Assembly (NCBI GenBank): GCA_973895155.1
Contig: OZ316894.1
Location: 23,496,709 to 23,560,708 of the forward strand
DNA from: Marsupella aquatica
Taxonomy: Eukaryota; Plantae; Marchantiophyta
Length of the DNA: 64,000 bases
Direction of reading: 5' to 3'
In this document: positions 49,574-62,810 of the stretch, one piece after another
Layout: each line of letters opens with the position of its first letter
Position numbering within the stretch: the first letter of the stretch is position 1
Notes under the pieces: generated by a model
Told to the model about the DNA's origin: nothing
The model's input: the letters and a program-made list of their open reading frames with translations, nothing else
The model's database searches: none
Position numbers and translations under genes: made by a program

Positions 49574-52500
49574 CCAAGTTCAGGATTCCGTTAGTTAATA
49601 TCCAGGAAGAGAACTGACTGAGAATCAAGATGGGTTGGGGGTAGCTTTGTCGGCTTAATAATTACTGGGTAGTGTATCATATGTGAATATTGGTTGTGCT
49701 TTCATTACAGTTTCCAATCCGAGCCTCTTGAATTGAGTTGCAAGCGACATTTTCAGTGACTGAGTCTCTCATTACTTCCCTTGAGAAGTCTATTACTTCT
49801 GAGCGAGTTGCATTCATCTGAACAATATTGGATGAACGAAAGTTTATCATCTTTGTTGTGCTTTGTGAAACACTCGCCCTAGTCGTGGCGCCAAATACCA
49901 GGGAAACTTGGTCAGATACTTTGTCAACTGTATTATCTTAATGCCCTCCTGCCCAGCCGAATTGCATTCTACGTTTGCGATCCTGTAAGAAAATTTCTAT
50001 TCAGCAGCACCCAGACAACTACTGTAGGATTGGGGACTGGAAGTTGTCATATACTGTAACTCTGCTTGTGTGATAAGAAGAGAACGAAGTAACTCAATAT
50101 ACTCATTGTATTTCTGCTTCCTGATGAGGAAAAGAGGGGCATGATATGCAGAGACAGCGCAATGCGTGGCCGGATCCTATGTGACACGAAACCTGTCTTT
50201 GAGACTTTGAGTGTAGGAAAGATGATTTCTTAATCCCTTCCAGCGTGACCTTCCTTTCGATTCTCGAACACAGATTTTTTGGTAATCGTCACTAGATCTA
50301 CACCTACAAAAAGGTAATTGGTGCATAGACGGCAGGATCCACTATCATGCATAGGATGCTTTTGCTTTTAGCAGCGTCCGGAAATTTGATGCTTTGAAAT
50401 TTACTTTCATTTGAAGGTGAGCTTCCTTCACATGCATTATTGACCATAGATTGCAAAGGTGAAGTCGTGCACTGGATATATCACGTCGAATCAGGAGAAC
50501 GAATCAGGCCGTGTCGTTCTCGAAAGGGGAGCCAGTCCGGTAAGTTGGTATTTATAAGGTAGACCCTGTTGATTTTAAATAGACTTTCCCTGACACACGA
50601 TGGGCTTTGCATCCATTTGTCGCCGCATCCAAATCTCATTTGATATCGCATGAGTTCGCTCCCAGTGGAATCTCGTAACAATCTCGTGTTAATATGGAAT
50701 CAGCTCTCCAGTTATTGGCAAGCCGATGCTGATCTTAGAAAGCAACGTGAGCCAGATGCTGATTCGCATCCCAAAGAGTACTTCTGAGAGTATTTGCAAG
50801 CTTGATAATTTTGCTACAATGAAAAGGAACACTTAGCGATTCTTCTCTTCAGCACTCATAGTTTTATGTCTTCGAGACTCGTACTCGTGCAGGTATGAAT
50901 GATTGAAATTCTCTCAATTTAATCTCATTGGGCTTATTCAACTCAAAAGTTTGCGCTTTTCATAATAGACTTATTCTGTTTTGGAACATGTGCCGTGCAT
51001 AATCACAAGTGTAAGTGATGTACACTCAATTTCTCATCAATTTTGTTTAAGACTCGTGTAGTATTTGAGTTCTTGAACTGCAAAATAGGCTGCAATAAAG
51101 TTAGAAGTAGAACATTCCTGTAGCATATCCTACAGTTGGTTTGCTGGGTCTAGGGTCTAGGCCTAGCGTTGGCTTAGTACTTGGTGTGTCGAAATTAGTA
51201 TCCAAATGGAAAAGATTTTAAAGCTGTTACAATTACACAATTCTAGCCAGGATGTAAAGTCTCTTGCATGGGACCACTAAATAATACAACGCATCAGCAC
51301 TCCAGACCAGAGACTATTCCTTCAGGAACGGGTTGCAGGTGACGCTGGAAGATCGTATAGCTGTAACGAGCGTTGATCAACCTGTAGCTAGCTCTGTTTC
51401 ACGCTTACGTTAGCTATGCATTTTCGGCTCTGCACTGTGTAATCTAGCTAAACTGAAAAAACTTCGACAAGTTGATCCCTACCTTACATTACAGCATATA
51501 TCCTAGAGCCTAACTTGTTAGGCGTTCCAAGTTTCAAAAATGAAATAAGTCATCAAATGTTCAGAGATCACAGATCACATGATTTTAAGCCACCGTGCCA
51601 TATACTTTTTTTCTTGCTCTCCAGACTATTCGCTTCGTGCAAGAGTCTCAGGAAACCTATAGCAACTGTATCCAACGTGTGGAACAGAGCACTCTTCCAA
51701 GTGTAGCTGGATTCAGAAAAACACCCCAAATTAATTGCCAGTTTAATATCTAGATGATGTGAGAAACGAGCTACTCTATGCCCTCTGTTAAATTGAGAAT
51801 TGAAGGAACGGTACTGGAGATCGCACGGAGCAGTAACCCCTACAGAGACTCTGGTCGCTGTTCTTTCCATTCCTTCGGACAAGGAACCCTGCTCCCGAAT
51901 TCAGCTCCAGACATACATTGGTGGGGACTACATTCCTGCCATCAGATAGAGTCCGTAACCTGTAGCTCGCCAGCTTGCCTTAGCCACAAATGCATAGCTG
52001 GGAATCCAAAACAGACCCAAGTTCTGCTTTCACTTTACTCTTGTTCATGATGTATGAAACATACGACGTGAATTGAAAGATGTGAAATTTCCGAGTAAAG
52101 AGTTGGTACACACCTTCAAGTTATGAGGAGGTCGACAATGAATTGAAAGGAGCCATCACAGACCGGAGAACACATTAGTCACCAAGCTATGCGAGACGCA
52201 TCTTACGTGTTCATTCCCTTCAAAAGCCTGTAACTGTACTAAATTTAGATCCAGTTTTCTAATTCTGCTTATTCACCGTGTTAGACAGTTGTGCACATAG
52301 CTGTTCCCTGTACGATCCACTCTTTCCTCCAGCCCTCTGCGTACAACTTGTTTACCAGCTTCCATCTGGGTTGCTGTATATACATCTAGCTGTCTACCGT
52401 TCTGTTCACAGCATTACTTTAATCATCGATCGGAACTGTTCATTGCTGTTTCAAGAATATGGACTCACTTCTTGGCGGAGTGTCAAAGAAACGCTGGAGA

Positions 52501-52754
52501 AGTGTTCAGGTTTTGATTCCTTGGGGCAACTTCCATATATACCTGTATGTCTTGGTTTAGACGGAACGATTGCAATCTCAGCAGCCTTTTGCATACAATC
52601 TCTAGAATCTCTCCAATTGGGGACCTGTTCATATATTACGAAGTACTGTTCATAGATGACCCAGACCTGTTCACGTTGATCGATGGATCGCGCGAGCAGG
52701 TTAATCTTCTGGCTCGCGAGCTTCGAGTGAGGCTCCGTTGAGGACAACCTTACG

Positions 52755-52860
52755 TCAGCAAGGAACAATGCACGTGACGCGGGCCGCTCGGGCGCGTGAT
52801 TTCTTGAAGGTCCTCCATGCAATGTCCAACGCCATGTCGTCATGGGTTAGTATATAAAGC
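52755..52860 (+). promoter_or_regulatory. Putative Pol II promoter: G-box/ABRE and CE3-like elements plus TATA box, with no coding gene found downstream
   Basis: tacgtca (~52751), gCACGTGacgcgg (52770-52782), gggcgcgtg (~52790-52798), TATATAAAG (52851-52859). Confidence 0.5.
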
Positions 52861-55800
52861 AGGGGAGTGCGCCAGTTCTAATTGGCACAAACTCACACAT
52901 TATTTGGTCCCCATCGATCTAGCTGTTTCATTACTTTCGTTCCCCGCGGAGTAGCTTGTACTCCACTGAGTGATCAAGTTCTCTCGATAAGACAGACACT
53001 GTCCTGGAGTAATCTCCATTACTTTCAGGGGAGTATCGTTTATCTCTCAGTCACAGGGCCATCCATTCAGCAGCAGATTAGGGAACCTGTCTGAAAACAA
53101 AACAAAAAAGAGAAATCTATCGCGTGCTCGATCATAGTTAGATTCTATCAAAGGTCTTTGGAGAGCTAGTAGCTATATAGCTTGTTGGATCTCCAGTTTC
53201 GAGTTGAGATCGGAGAGTAGGCGACGAGAAGATCTAGATGAAGGGGAAAGCCATTGCACACTGCTGATTGGATTGCTGACTTAGAAGCAAAGGCAGTGGC
53301 TGGAGTCACTCCCAATCTAAGAACATATATATAGCTGCCCAGATCGATTGCCGGATTCTATCTATCAACCATTTGGCGTGGGCAACGGACTTTGATCGTC
53401 GCAATCAGGAGTGTTGTGTATTATCGTGACATGGAAAGAATTTGCTTATTGAGTTGGATCCAGTTGACGTTCCTGTCGATCACAGGAATCCTGCACAACA
53501 CTATCGGAAAACAAACTTGGTCGACGGTGGGAGAGAACCTCAGCTGGACCCGTTCGAAACCTTTTTCTTATGACCAGTAGTGGGCGGCTGGAAGATCATC
53601 CAAGTTGGCGATGACCTTCGTGCGCTCTTGATTCGATATCTCCAGGCCTGTAATCTGTTCACAAATTGTACATACTCACGGAATTTGCTTCGCTTATTTT
53701 GTATACCGGTATTTGCAGAACTTGCTTTGTGTAATTGCGAACCGGTACCGGCCTTTGTAACCGGTCCCTGGCATGTATACATTAATGTCAGTAGGCTAGA
53801 ATTCTTCGAAGAAATATTGGCTGTGGGATTGGGTGACAATTGTGTATGTGGATGAATGATCGGAATGGACAACATTGTTTCAGAGTCTGATGGCCGTGTA
53901 GATGCGAATTTCAGTGGCCACTTTTTTTCCCTATATATAACTTTATCTCAGTTTCCTTCTCAACATGAGTGCTTGTCGATCAAGAGGAGTACAACTTCCT
54001 TTCCTTGAGAGAATGTCAAACTAGTTTATGAGATGCACCAAATGTGAAACCTGTACTTCGAGGAGGAAAGCACATTGCATATTTCACAACACATACATTC
54101 CAGGAAGTACATGTACAGTTGTTTCATTCATCACCAGTTACGCTTATGGTCGATCAACTTTGCAAGCTCTATATCGATTCACGTCGACGGTTAGCTGCAG
54201 GACCGGCCTGCCGGACCTCCATAGCCACGCCAGGCTTCATGAAATCATGCTTTCGTTTGGTCTAAATCTTATGATATAATCACGTACTTACTTGCTCATA
54301 AGTACCATGGCACTGTGGCGGATACGGACAGCTATAAATGCCTGTATATCTGGGTTCAGTAGTTACAATCTTGGTGCTATTTAGGCGTTCATTGCTAGCT
54401 TCTTAGAAATCAGGTGTAAAGGGTCAAACAAGGAAATCGAATGTTGTTGATGATCTTGCATGTGAGAATCTGCTGTTCTACTGCTTATTGTTACTCTTAA
54501 TCTCTACTCACTAATTATCAAACAATTATATATTCAATCATCTGGACAAGAGTTCATTTCACCCAATTTGCTTTATAATTAATTAGTAACTGGACCGCAC
54601 GAGGCTCAGAGTTCTTGATCTTAATTGTTCGCTGGGGGCCATGCATACCAAAACACAATTTTATGGAGGTTATCAAATCAAACCTGGTATGCTGTGTTAC
54701 AAGCACCCCGATTGATCTCCTTTAGCTCGGCTGCCCGAACCATATACCAGACATGCAGCTGACCAATTCAATGCTGAATTGCACGGATGGATAGATGGAG
54801 TTTCCAAACATGATTGTGCAAATGAAATGCATGTAAACCTGCGTGTGAAGTCTTATGGCCGGGCTTCTGGCCCAAGCCTTTAATTAAACGCACCCTCAGG
54901 AGCAGATTGAAGTGTAATTGTATGTGCAATGTGTAGCTGGTTCGTCAGACTTCTGGTTAAGACCAGTAGTGTTTTCCTTAAGGTTTCTGAGATGAGGCTG
55001 AGAAGACCTTAGAGTATGTAGTAGCCAACGGCGATTTCTGCTAGCTTGTCCCATCGTCTGCTTGTGGGCTGCCTAGTCAGTGAGCGCCTTGATTTCCATT
55101 GCAGTAGATTGTTGCTTAAATGTGCTAAAGGAAAGCCGGGAGCACTATCCCATGTTGTATCCACTTACATGGCATGCATTTATGGTCTCCCGAGATCAAG
55201 CAGTCTGAGCTTCGTCAAGCTCCTTGGCCAGCTGCTTCGTTGGCCTCAATGAGTGATAATTGTATGAGTTTAGACTGCGGGTCTCGCTGCAAGTTGGTCT
55301 GAGCCACAGTAAGCGCCTGTCTAAGCTCAATTTCATTTTGTCTTCTGCTCGCCCAGCAGTGGGTAAAGCTGGTTGCTTCGATGCACACTCTTGAGGAGGA
55401 TGCTTAGATCACCCCCATATACTAGTCCCAGAAACCTCGCCAACTTCTTCCTCCCTAGTTGAATGATATCATTTTTTCTTAAATTAGGGGCGGCATTAGT
55501 GGTCCCTTCAGGTGGGAGATATTCACCCGGTAGGATGTTTCTTTCAAATTAAAGGGACACGAGATGCAAGCACCGGGGCATGGTGAGAGTGACAGTCCCT
55601 AGGCAGAATCATTGAGGACATTCATCACCGACTTACGGACGATGGGGTAGGTTCGGGATACGGTATACACGGTCAAGTCGCCTGAGAATTCTATTAGCCT
55701 CAATAGTGCCTTCCTGATAGGCATGTACATGCTGGAACTTCATCTGATTGTAACTATAACGCAAGATTCCAGGACGATGTATAAACAAATCAGTCCTGGA

Positions 55801-57439
55801 GAGAGAATCTACATGCATGATTCCAATCTGCTATTCCTGCCCAGCTATAGTAGGGACAGGTGGGCTCCCAGCAGTTCTCAATCACGTTTAAGTCCCATGC
55901 AATGACCCAAGGAATCGAGCCGTCCAGCATCATTCTGGAAGATCTCATTCCAGATAAGAGTCTGAGAAGCTGAGTGTACGTGGGACAGATAAACACACAG
56001 GACCCCGAACTTGCCCGTGGCAGCTGTTTCCACTTGGACCCAGCGCCAATAGTGAAGGGATCCATGCAGTGACGGATTTCTTCAACCTGGAACCAACAGC
56101 AACGCGAGTGCCCCCGCTATCAGTAGAGACGTGGGGATTCCTGGTTGCATGAGCGCCATCGTTAGCTGTCGTGATGTACGTAGACATCAGCACCCTTCCA
56201 TAGCTGAGCCATTCCAAAGCTGCTACGTTGAGAGTACAGATACAAGGAACACAAGGTTCGTGCACTATGCTCTCAATGTGGCAACTTCTGAAACCCATAT
56301 TCAAGGCCATTTAATATTCAAAGGGAAAGTGTAAGGAACCCAAGGCATGGAGGCACTTATGGGTGGTCATAGGTGAGGGGGCCATTGGCTCAGCAGGGCT
56401 GTTTTTTTTACATCTAAAAAATAAAATTGGAGACCTTGGCAAGGGGGTTAGTGTTGGGACCTCCCGTGAAACTACAAAGGAAAAATGAGAGAGAAGAGAG
56501 CCAGGGGAAAATTATGAATTGTTGAGACTTGGAAAGAGTTTGAATGGCCTCTGGCCTTTAGCTTATGTCATTCAGAGAGAGCCTGCCCCTGAACCTGCAA
56601 ACACCTCAAGCCAAGGTAAATTAGATCAAATTTCAGCTCAGTGCATGGTATTAATTATTGTAATTGTTACTAGTATCAAAGGAAATTGTGTGGGGACGAT
56701 AAAAGGGGACGGGGTCTGTTCATATGTAGGTTCCATTTGTTTACATATAGTGAGAGTTTACCAGTTATGGCTACAACCCTCCCCTGAAACTACAATGGAA
56801 AAATTAACGAGAAGAGGGGGTTACATTAGTGTCACGAAGCCTTGATTTCCATTGAATCACTCTCTTACCACTCTGCTAACCCTTTGCACACAAGAGACTT
56901 GGCACTTAAAATAATTGGAGGTTCCTTACTCTCTGATCTCCTAAATGGAAACTGGTAGGCACCCAACATCTAAGAGTTGGACCCAAGGGGTTGTTTTACA
57001 CTAATTTGAGTGAAATCTAGCTCCATCCCTCACCAGCTTTGCACAAAGCCCCATCTCAAAGTTTGCAAAAGCCCTTTGCACACAGACATTGAAAAAAATG
57101 GAGGTCCCTCTCTTGTCATCTCAATGGAAAGCTGCAGGTGGGTAGCATCTGAGAGTGGGACCAAAGGAATTGTAACAAATGAGTTCCAAAGCCTATTCCC
57201 TAGCAACTGAATGAAATTGGAGGGTTGTAATAAATGAGTTGATTTTCAGGAAGTGTCATATATAAATTTGGAGGTCACTCTCTTGACTCCTTAATAGAAA
57301 CCAGGCAACATCTAACTATCCCCAAAGGTTATTGGGTTTGGTTACAGTAAGGAGTCCAAACGAGTGAGCAAGGCAAAACCCATTCAATAGCCTAGAAAGG
57401 GGGAAAGAAAAATTAAATAGGGAATTAAAAGATCTTTGA

Positions 57440-59740
57440 GCTAACTGCCCACATGCACGCTATAGTGGGGTTAGCTAATGGCCTGACTACATCTAGCTTA
57501 GTAAGTATAAATCCATAAGTGAGACATGATCGAAGGGGACAAGAAAAAATAAGGGTCGTACTAAAGTTTCGGGGCTCTGCCCTTTCCTTAAAAAAAAAGG
57601 AAAAAAAGAAAAAAAGGAAAAAAATTGTTCTAATATTGTGGGATTAGCTAGTGGTCTCCATTGAGTTTGGTAGATGAATCTGCAAGTGGGACATGAATAT
57701 ACTCCAAGGGGACAAGAGAAGAGAAAAGAAGGGTTATAATGTAGTGGGATTAGTTCATGCTCTACATTTAGTTTAGTAATTAACCTGCCAGTGGAGGGGA
57801 CAAGAAAAAAGAAGGGTTATAATATAGTGGGATTAGTTCATGGCATGCTCTACATCTAAACAGTTCACCATAATTAGTGTTACAGTACTTCGATAGTTCT
57901 ACCCATAAATTAGTGTTACACTACTTCTCTATATAGCATGCTCATCCTGGAACATGTTTTATTTTTTGTCTTGTAGTGATCTGAAAGTAAATAAAATATG
58001 AGAGCATAGAAGTGCTGTTATATAAGTAAAGTGTCTGCCAAGAAAAGTGACCAAGAAAAGGTACAATCAAAAGATGCTACGATGTGTGCACTTAACTCAG
58101 GGTGCCTTATCAATGACACTCCTTTCAATAAAAACCATAAACCTAAGAAAGAAAAACATGAGGAGAACTTAAGAGGTTATGCATTCATGTTCTTCAGCAT
58201 CATTTCTCTCACTCTTGGTGGTGGAACCTTTGGTTTCATCTCTAAGTAAACACATATTGTGAAAGGGGACTGCCAAAATAAGTTCGAAACACTCTAGAAT
58301 ACCTAAAACTAAAGGGTCTAAAAATTAATTAAAAATGTATAGAATACAAAGGTTGCCCCTTGATAAGTCAGATTGAAATGAAAATACATGACACAAAAAT
58401 CTGAATAAGACAAAATCTGAAATGTGCATTCACCATATAGCAGCTTCGAAAATTTGCCCCGTACTATATCTGAGTGTCATGTCCAGAAATTAGTGTTAAT
58501 TTGGTCTCAAGAGTGGAAAATAGTGGAGAAAAAACTGTACTCAAGAACACAGTCACTCAACCCGGCACTCAACTAAAATAGTGTTAGTAATGCTACTTCT
58601 TGCACAACACTAATTACTGTGATTAGTGTAGGTTTGTAAGTAAATCTGCAAGGGATAACATTAATGGAATCCAAGGCACTAAAGTTTTTCTTTATTAGCT
58701 GAGTGGCAAATGTCATGTGTGTGAAGGAGAAGTTGTTAGGAATATTCTTTATCTAAAATTCCCAAATTATTTTTTGACTGTTAAGTCTCCCTAGATTTAA
58801 GGATGACCGTTAGCTTCTTGCAATTGGGGCCTGTGACTTGTTGGGAAACTGGCAAGTGATGCATATAAAAACTAGCAACTTTTTGCCAAAAGTGGGCAAA
58901 ACTCTTTGGAGAGGTAGAATCTAGCAAAACATTGTCACTAAAAAGAATACTGGAGATTAGCTCATGCTCTACAGTACATCTAGTTTAGTACATCTGCAAG
59001 GGGGGCGTGAAGAGGGGCATGAATGTAGTCCAAGGGGACAAGAAATAAGAAGGGTTATAATAGTGAAATGAGTTTCCAGAAAGATTTTCCCACAGACCTC
59101 CTCCTCCAGTGTAGTCCTGTTTATTAGCCACATTGGCAAATGTGATGTGTGAAGGAGAAGATGTTAGGAAGATGTTTGATTTGAAATTCCCAAATTATTC
59201 TTTGAGCCTTAGGTCTCCCTAGATTTAAGGATGACCATTAGATTCTTGCTAATGGGCCTGTGACTAGGTGGGAAATTGGCTAAATATGGTACATAGAAAA
59301 ATAGCAATATAGTGGCCAAGACTTTGTTTTAGAGGTGGAATCTAGAAAGAATTCACCACAAAAACAAATGCTGGAGATTAGCTCATGCCTACGTCTAGTT
59401 TAGTAAATGTGCAAGGGGGACATGAACTAGTTTAGTCAGTAAATGTGCAAGGGGTACATGAACTAGTTTAGTAAGTAAATGTGCAATGAAGGGGGACATG
59501 AATGCAGTTTAGTAAGTAAATGTGCCAGGGGGACATGAATGCAGTTTAGTAGGTAAATGTGCCAGGGGGACATGAATCTAGCATAGTAAGTAAATGTGCA
59601 AGGGGGACATGAAAGGGGGGACCTGAAGGGGAACATGAATGTAGTCCAAGGGGAAAAGAAATAAGAAGGGTTATAATAATATGATGATGTCCAAGGGGAA
59701 AATAAATAATAAGAAGGGTTATAATAATAATGAGTTCCAG
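57440..59740. repeat. Complex degenerate repeat array upstream of FKBP20-1, including a ~430-bp duplication (58690-59060 vs 59120-59430) and a ~35-bp tandem run (59395-59615)
   Basis: Recurrent modules gattagctcatgctctacatctagtttagta, gtaaatgtgcaagggggacatgaa and ccaaggggacaagaaa..aagaagggttataat. Confidence 0.8.
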
Positions 59741-59769
59741 AAACGTGGACCTGAATTTCGTCCTCCTTC

Positions 59770-60060
59770 CCACAGAGGCCCAGACCTCCCCCTCCCCTCC
59801 CCTCCCCTCCCCTCCAGTCTAGTCCAGTCTAGTCCGGTCCCTCAGTTCTCTTGTGATGCACGACGAATCGCTCTTCTTGCGTTTCATTCCAAAGCCTCGT
59901 CTCGAGCAAACGAACGAACGGTAAACATAGGTCGAACTGTCGACGCCAGCCGAGCGAAGCGCGACCAGGAAGGGCAATCTGATTTCGCGACGGGAGAGGC
60001 GCGCAGCCGAGAGAGGAGAGGGAGAGAGGAGAGGGAGTGAGGAGAGAGGCGAGTGGGGAT
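59770..60060 (+). promoter_or_regulatory. FKBP20-1 promoter region: site II motif, (CCCTC)n tract and GA-rich tract
   Basis: aggccca at ~59777 (reverse complement TGGGCC), ccctc repeats at 59788-59815, GA-rich run at 60009-60050; a 5'-UTR exon ends at the donor TTG|GTAAGT at 60340. Confidence 0.5.
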
Positions 60061-60112
60061 TCAGTTCGGTGTGAGTGCGGAGACAGACTGAGAAAAGAAG
60101 CGCTTGCAGGCT

Positions 60113-60319
60113 ATGGCGGAAGATTTTCCGCTCTTTACTGACTACCACGCGAGCTCTTGCGACTTCAACGCGCTTCCCCCGCGGTTTCATCTTCGGTCGG
60201 AGATTCTTGAGTCGTCGTCGTCGGTGGCTTCGGAGATCTCCATCTCCTCGTGTGGCCTGCTTCTACTGCTGCTGCAGCGAGGGCTGCCGGCGAGCGAATT
60301 CATTGCGACGGCTACTTGA
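60113..60319 (+). other. Candidate 68-codon upstream ORF in the FKBP20-1 leader exon
   Basis: gctATGGcg in strong initiation context; MAEDFPLFTDYHASSCDF...EFIATAT*; the stop lies 21 nt before the donor at 60340; acceptor at 61222 precedes the main ATG at 61241. Confidence 0.45.
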
Positions 60320-61240
60320 AAGGCTTTGCTCGGCCTCTTGGTAAGTGTTTCGGGAGAACTGAGTGGCGCCGGTGGGTGCCTGCCTATTTTTGCGCTCCGA
60401 TTTTGGAAAGGGGATTGCCGTTAGGGTTGTTAGAAATGAATGAATGTTTGATGCATTTTCTTGGATGGGAATTTCCACGTCGAAGGTTTATCCAATATAT
60501 GTTCCATGCATGCTGTTGATGGCGAATTGGTGCGTAAAGGTTTTGCGTGCATGCGTTTGTTTCTTGTCTGATTGGCTGCTAGCGTGGAAACTGCGTGCCG
60601 AATTTTATGTCTGGGGAATTGGTTTGGTCGATTATTTCTGTGTTGGTTGATAAATCCAGTTTTGTGACGAGGCAATTTGAGCTTGGGGGCGCTCCTCGAT
60701 CATGATGACTCACATTTCTAGGCTTTGGGCCGCTACGGTTATGTCTGCTACCCATTACAATCATGATAGGTTCCTACGCTGAGCATGTGGTATTGATGAA
60801 GGCTTCAGATCATCAAGTAGCAGTTACAAATTACTATTACTCTGCCTCCCACCCCATCCGGACCCAGATGCAGTTGCTTTTAGTACTTTTCCCTTATGTC
60901 AACGATCCTCATTGCTTCAACCTCACGGCACCCTCTTTCTGTCACCTTTTCCGCAATTATTGGGCGGACTCTTGGCACTGCCGGATAGCTAGGAATCATT
61001 ACTAAACGAATTCGGAGCCATGTCCTTTAGCCTTCCTGAACTGCGTCAATTTTTGTAAGACCAGAGCTTTTCTAACCTAATTTTTGGGCTAGCGGGTTAA
61101 TTTGATCTCCTTGACGACTTAGGTGACCTTAGAAAGCTTATCGCTGAGAAAAGTTTTGTCCTGAACTGGAAAGGAAAGATTATTGCGTGTGAATTGACCA
61201 TCTTTCTTTGCATTGTTTCTAGGGAGGCACTCCAGCAAAT

Positions 61241-62810
61241 ATGAGCCAGGTAATAGACCTTTCTGGTGATGGGGAAGTTACGAAGGAGATCATCAAGAAG
61301 GCTAAACCTGGGGCCGTTGGACCAACAGACAGCACATTAATTGTTGATGGTACCAACCTTAGTTACAGCCAGTACAGTTCCTTCTGGGTTGATTTTGAAG
61401 CATGAATATGTCACTCTGATTTGACTGTGCTCTTAACCGTGGAGTTTATGGTTTGGAAAAACTGACGATCATTTGTGACACACCAAAAATGCTTGTTGCA
61501 GTGCACTACGAAGGTCGGCTTGCAGACACTGGTGAAGTCTTTGACTCAACTCGTGATGATAACACTGTATTCACGTTTGAGCTCGGGAAGGGCAGTGTGA
61601 TTCGAGCATGGGACATCGCCATCAAAACGATGCTGGTAAGGTGCTCTTCCATTTTTCAATTTAGCTGCTTATTAGGTCCTCAGATCCCTTCAAATGCTAA
61701 ATTCGTCTTCGAAAGCAATAGGATCAGAACCTACAGCCTTCTTCTCTGCGATGATTCTGCGGCCTCTCATTGCAATATTGCGAGTATGTTCGATGAAGTC
61801 TTTTCAGTTGATTTCATGGTCTCTTCAATAGTTCAGATGAGGATGCTTCTAGGTAAAGTCGAGCGTCCAGCAGTTCAAGTGATTGATATTTTGTTTCTGA
61901 ATCTATGCTATCTGTGAAGGTCGGGGAAATTGCAAGAATCACTTGCAAGCCAGACTATGCATATGGAAGGGCTGGTTCCCCTCCTGATATCCCTCCAGAG
62001 TGAGTTGAGATGGTACTCCCGAAATTGCATTGTTTCCCATTGGACAATTTGTGGGTTTGAGTGTGCTCGAAACAAAAGTCATGTTCTTGAGTTTAGTCAT
62101 GGTGTTCTCCTAAAGTTTAGTCATGGTGTTCTCCTAGCTCGTTGAAGTGCATTTTCCGAAAATGTATGCAAACTAGAGCAAGGTGTCCAGGCAACGTCAG
62201 GGATTGACTTAGTAACACTTTTGTGTATCGTGGCAGTTCCACCCTGATCTTTGAAGTAGAATTACTGGCTGCCAAGCCACGCAGAGGGGCCACCCTGGAT
62301 AGCGTTACCGCTGAGAAAGCGAAACTGGAGTGAGTTCTCTCGATGCCTGCATGTATTATCTTTGCTGCCAATACTGGTTGATCTTTTTCGTCGTACCGTT
62401 GATTGCTTTGCCTTTACACCTATTTGATCAGTTTATTACCTTTAATGTCTAATGCTTCAGTGCTGGAAAGTGGGCGAACGTTACTCTGGAAAATTTTATA
62501 ATTATTGCATCCTTGTAGTATGTCCCACGTCTGCTCATTACTAATATTGGCAGGAAATCGTGAGGACATGCGTCTTTCTTGATATACATTGTCGGAGATG
62601 TTGCCATGTTACATCTTTTGTGAGGAAATTCAAGGCGATTGATTGTTATTATGCAGGGAAATTCGCAAAGAAAGAGAGGCTGCAGCAGTAAAGAAGGAAG
62701 AGGAGAAAAAGAAAAGGGAGGAGGCAAAGTCAGCTGCTGCAACTCGTTTGCAAGCTAAGCTGGACGCCAAGAAAGGCGGTGCAAAAGGTGGTGGTCGAAA
62801 GGGCAAGTGA
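61241..62810 (+). CDS. FKBP20-1: FKBP-type peptidyl-prolyl cis-trans isomerase FKBP20-1, 189 aa; exons 61241-61349, 61502-61635, 61920-61999, 62237-62329, 62657-62810
   Basis: [15 protein letters not shown]...[47 protein letters not shown]|[38 protein letters not shown]...; Lys/Glu-rich coiled coil and basic tail [13 protein letters not shown]. Exons total 570 nt. Confidence 0.95.

Noticed and set aside
54225-54245. ccaggcttcat, resembling part of miR166
   Set aside because: Only 11 nt match and no complementary arm nearby
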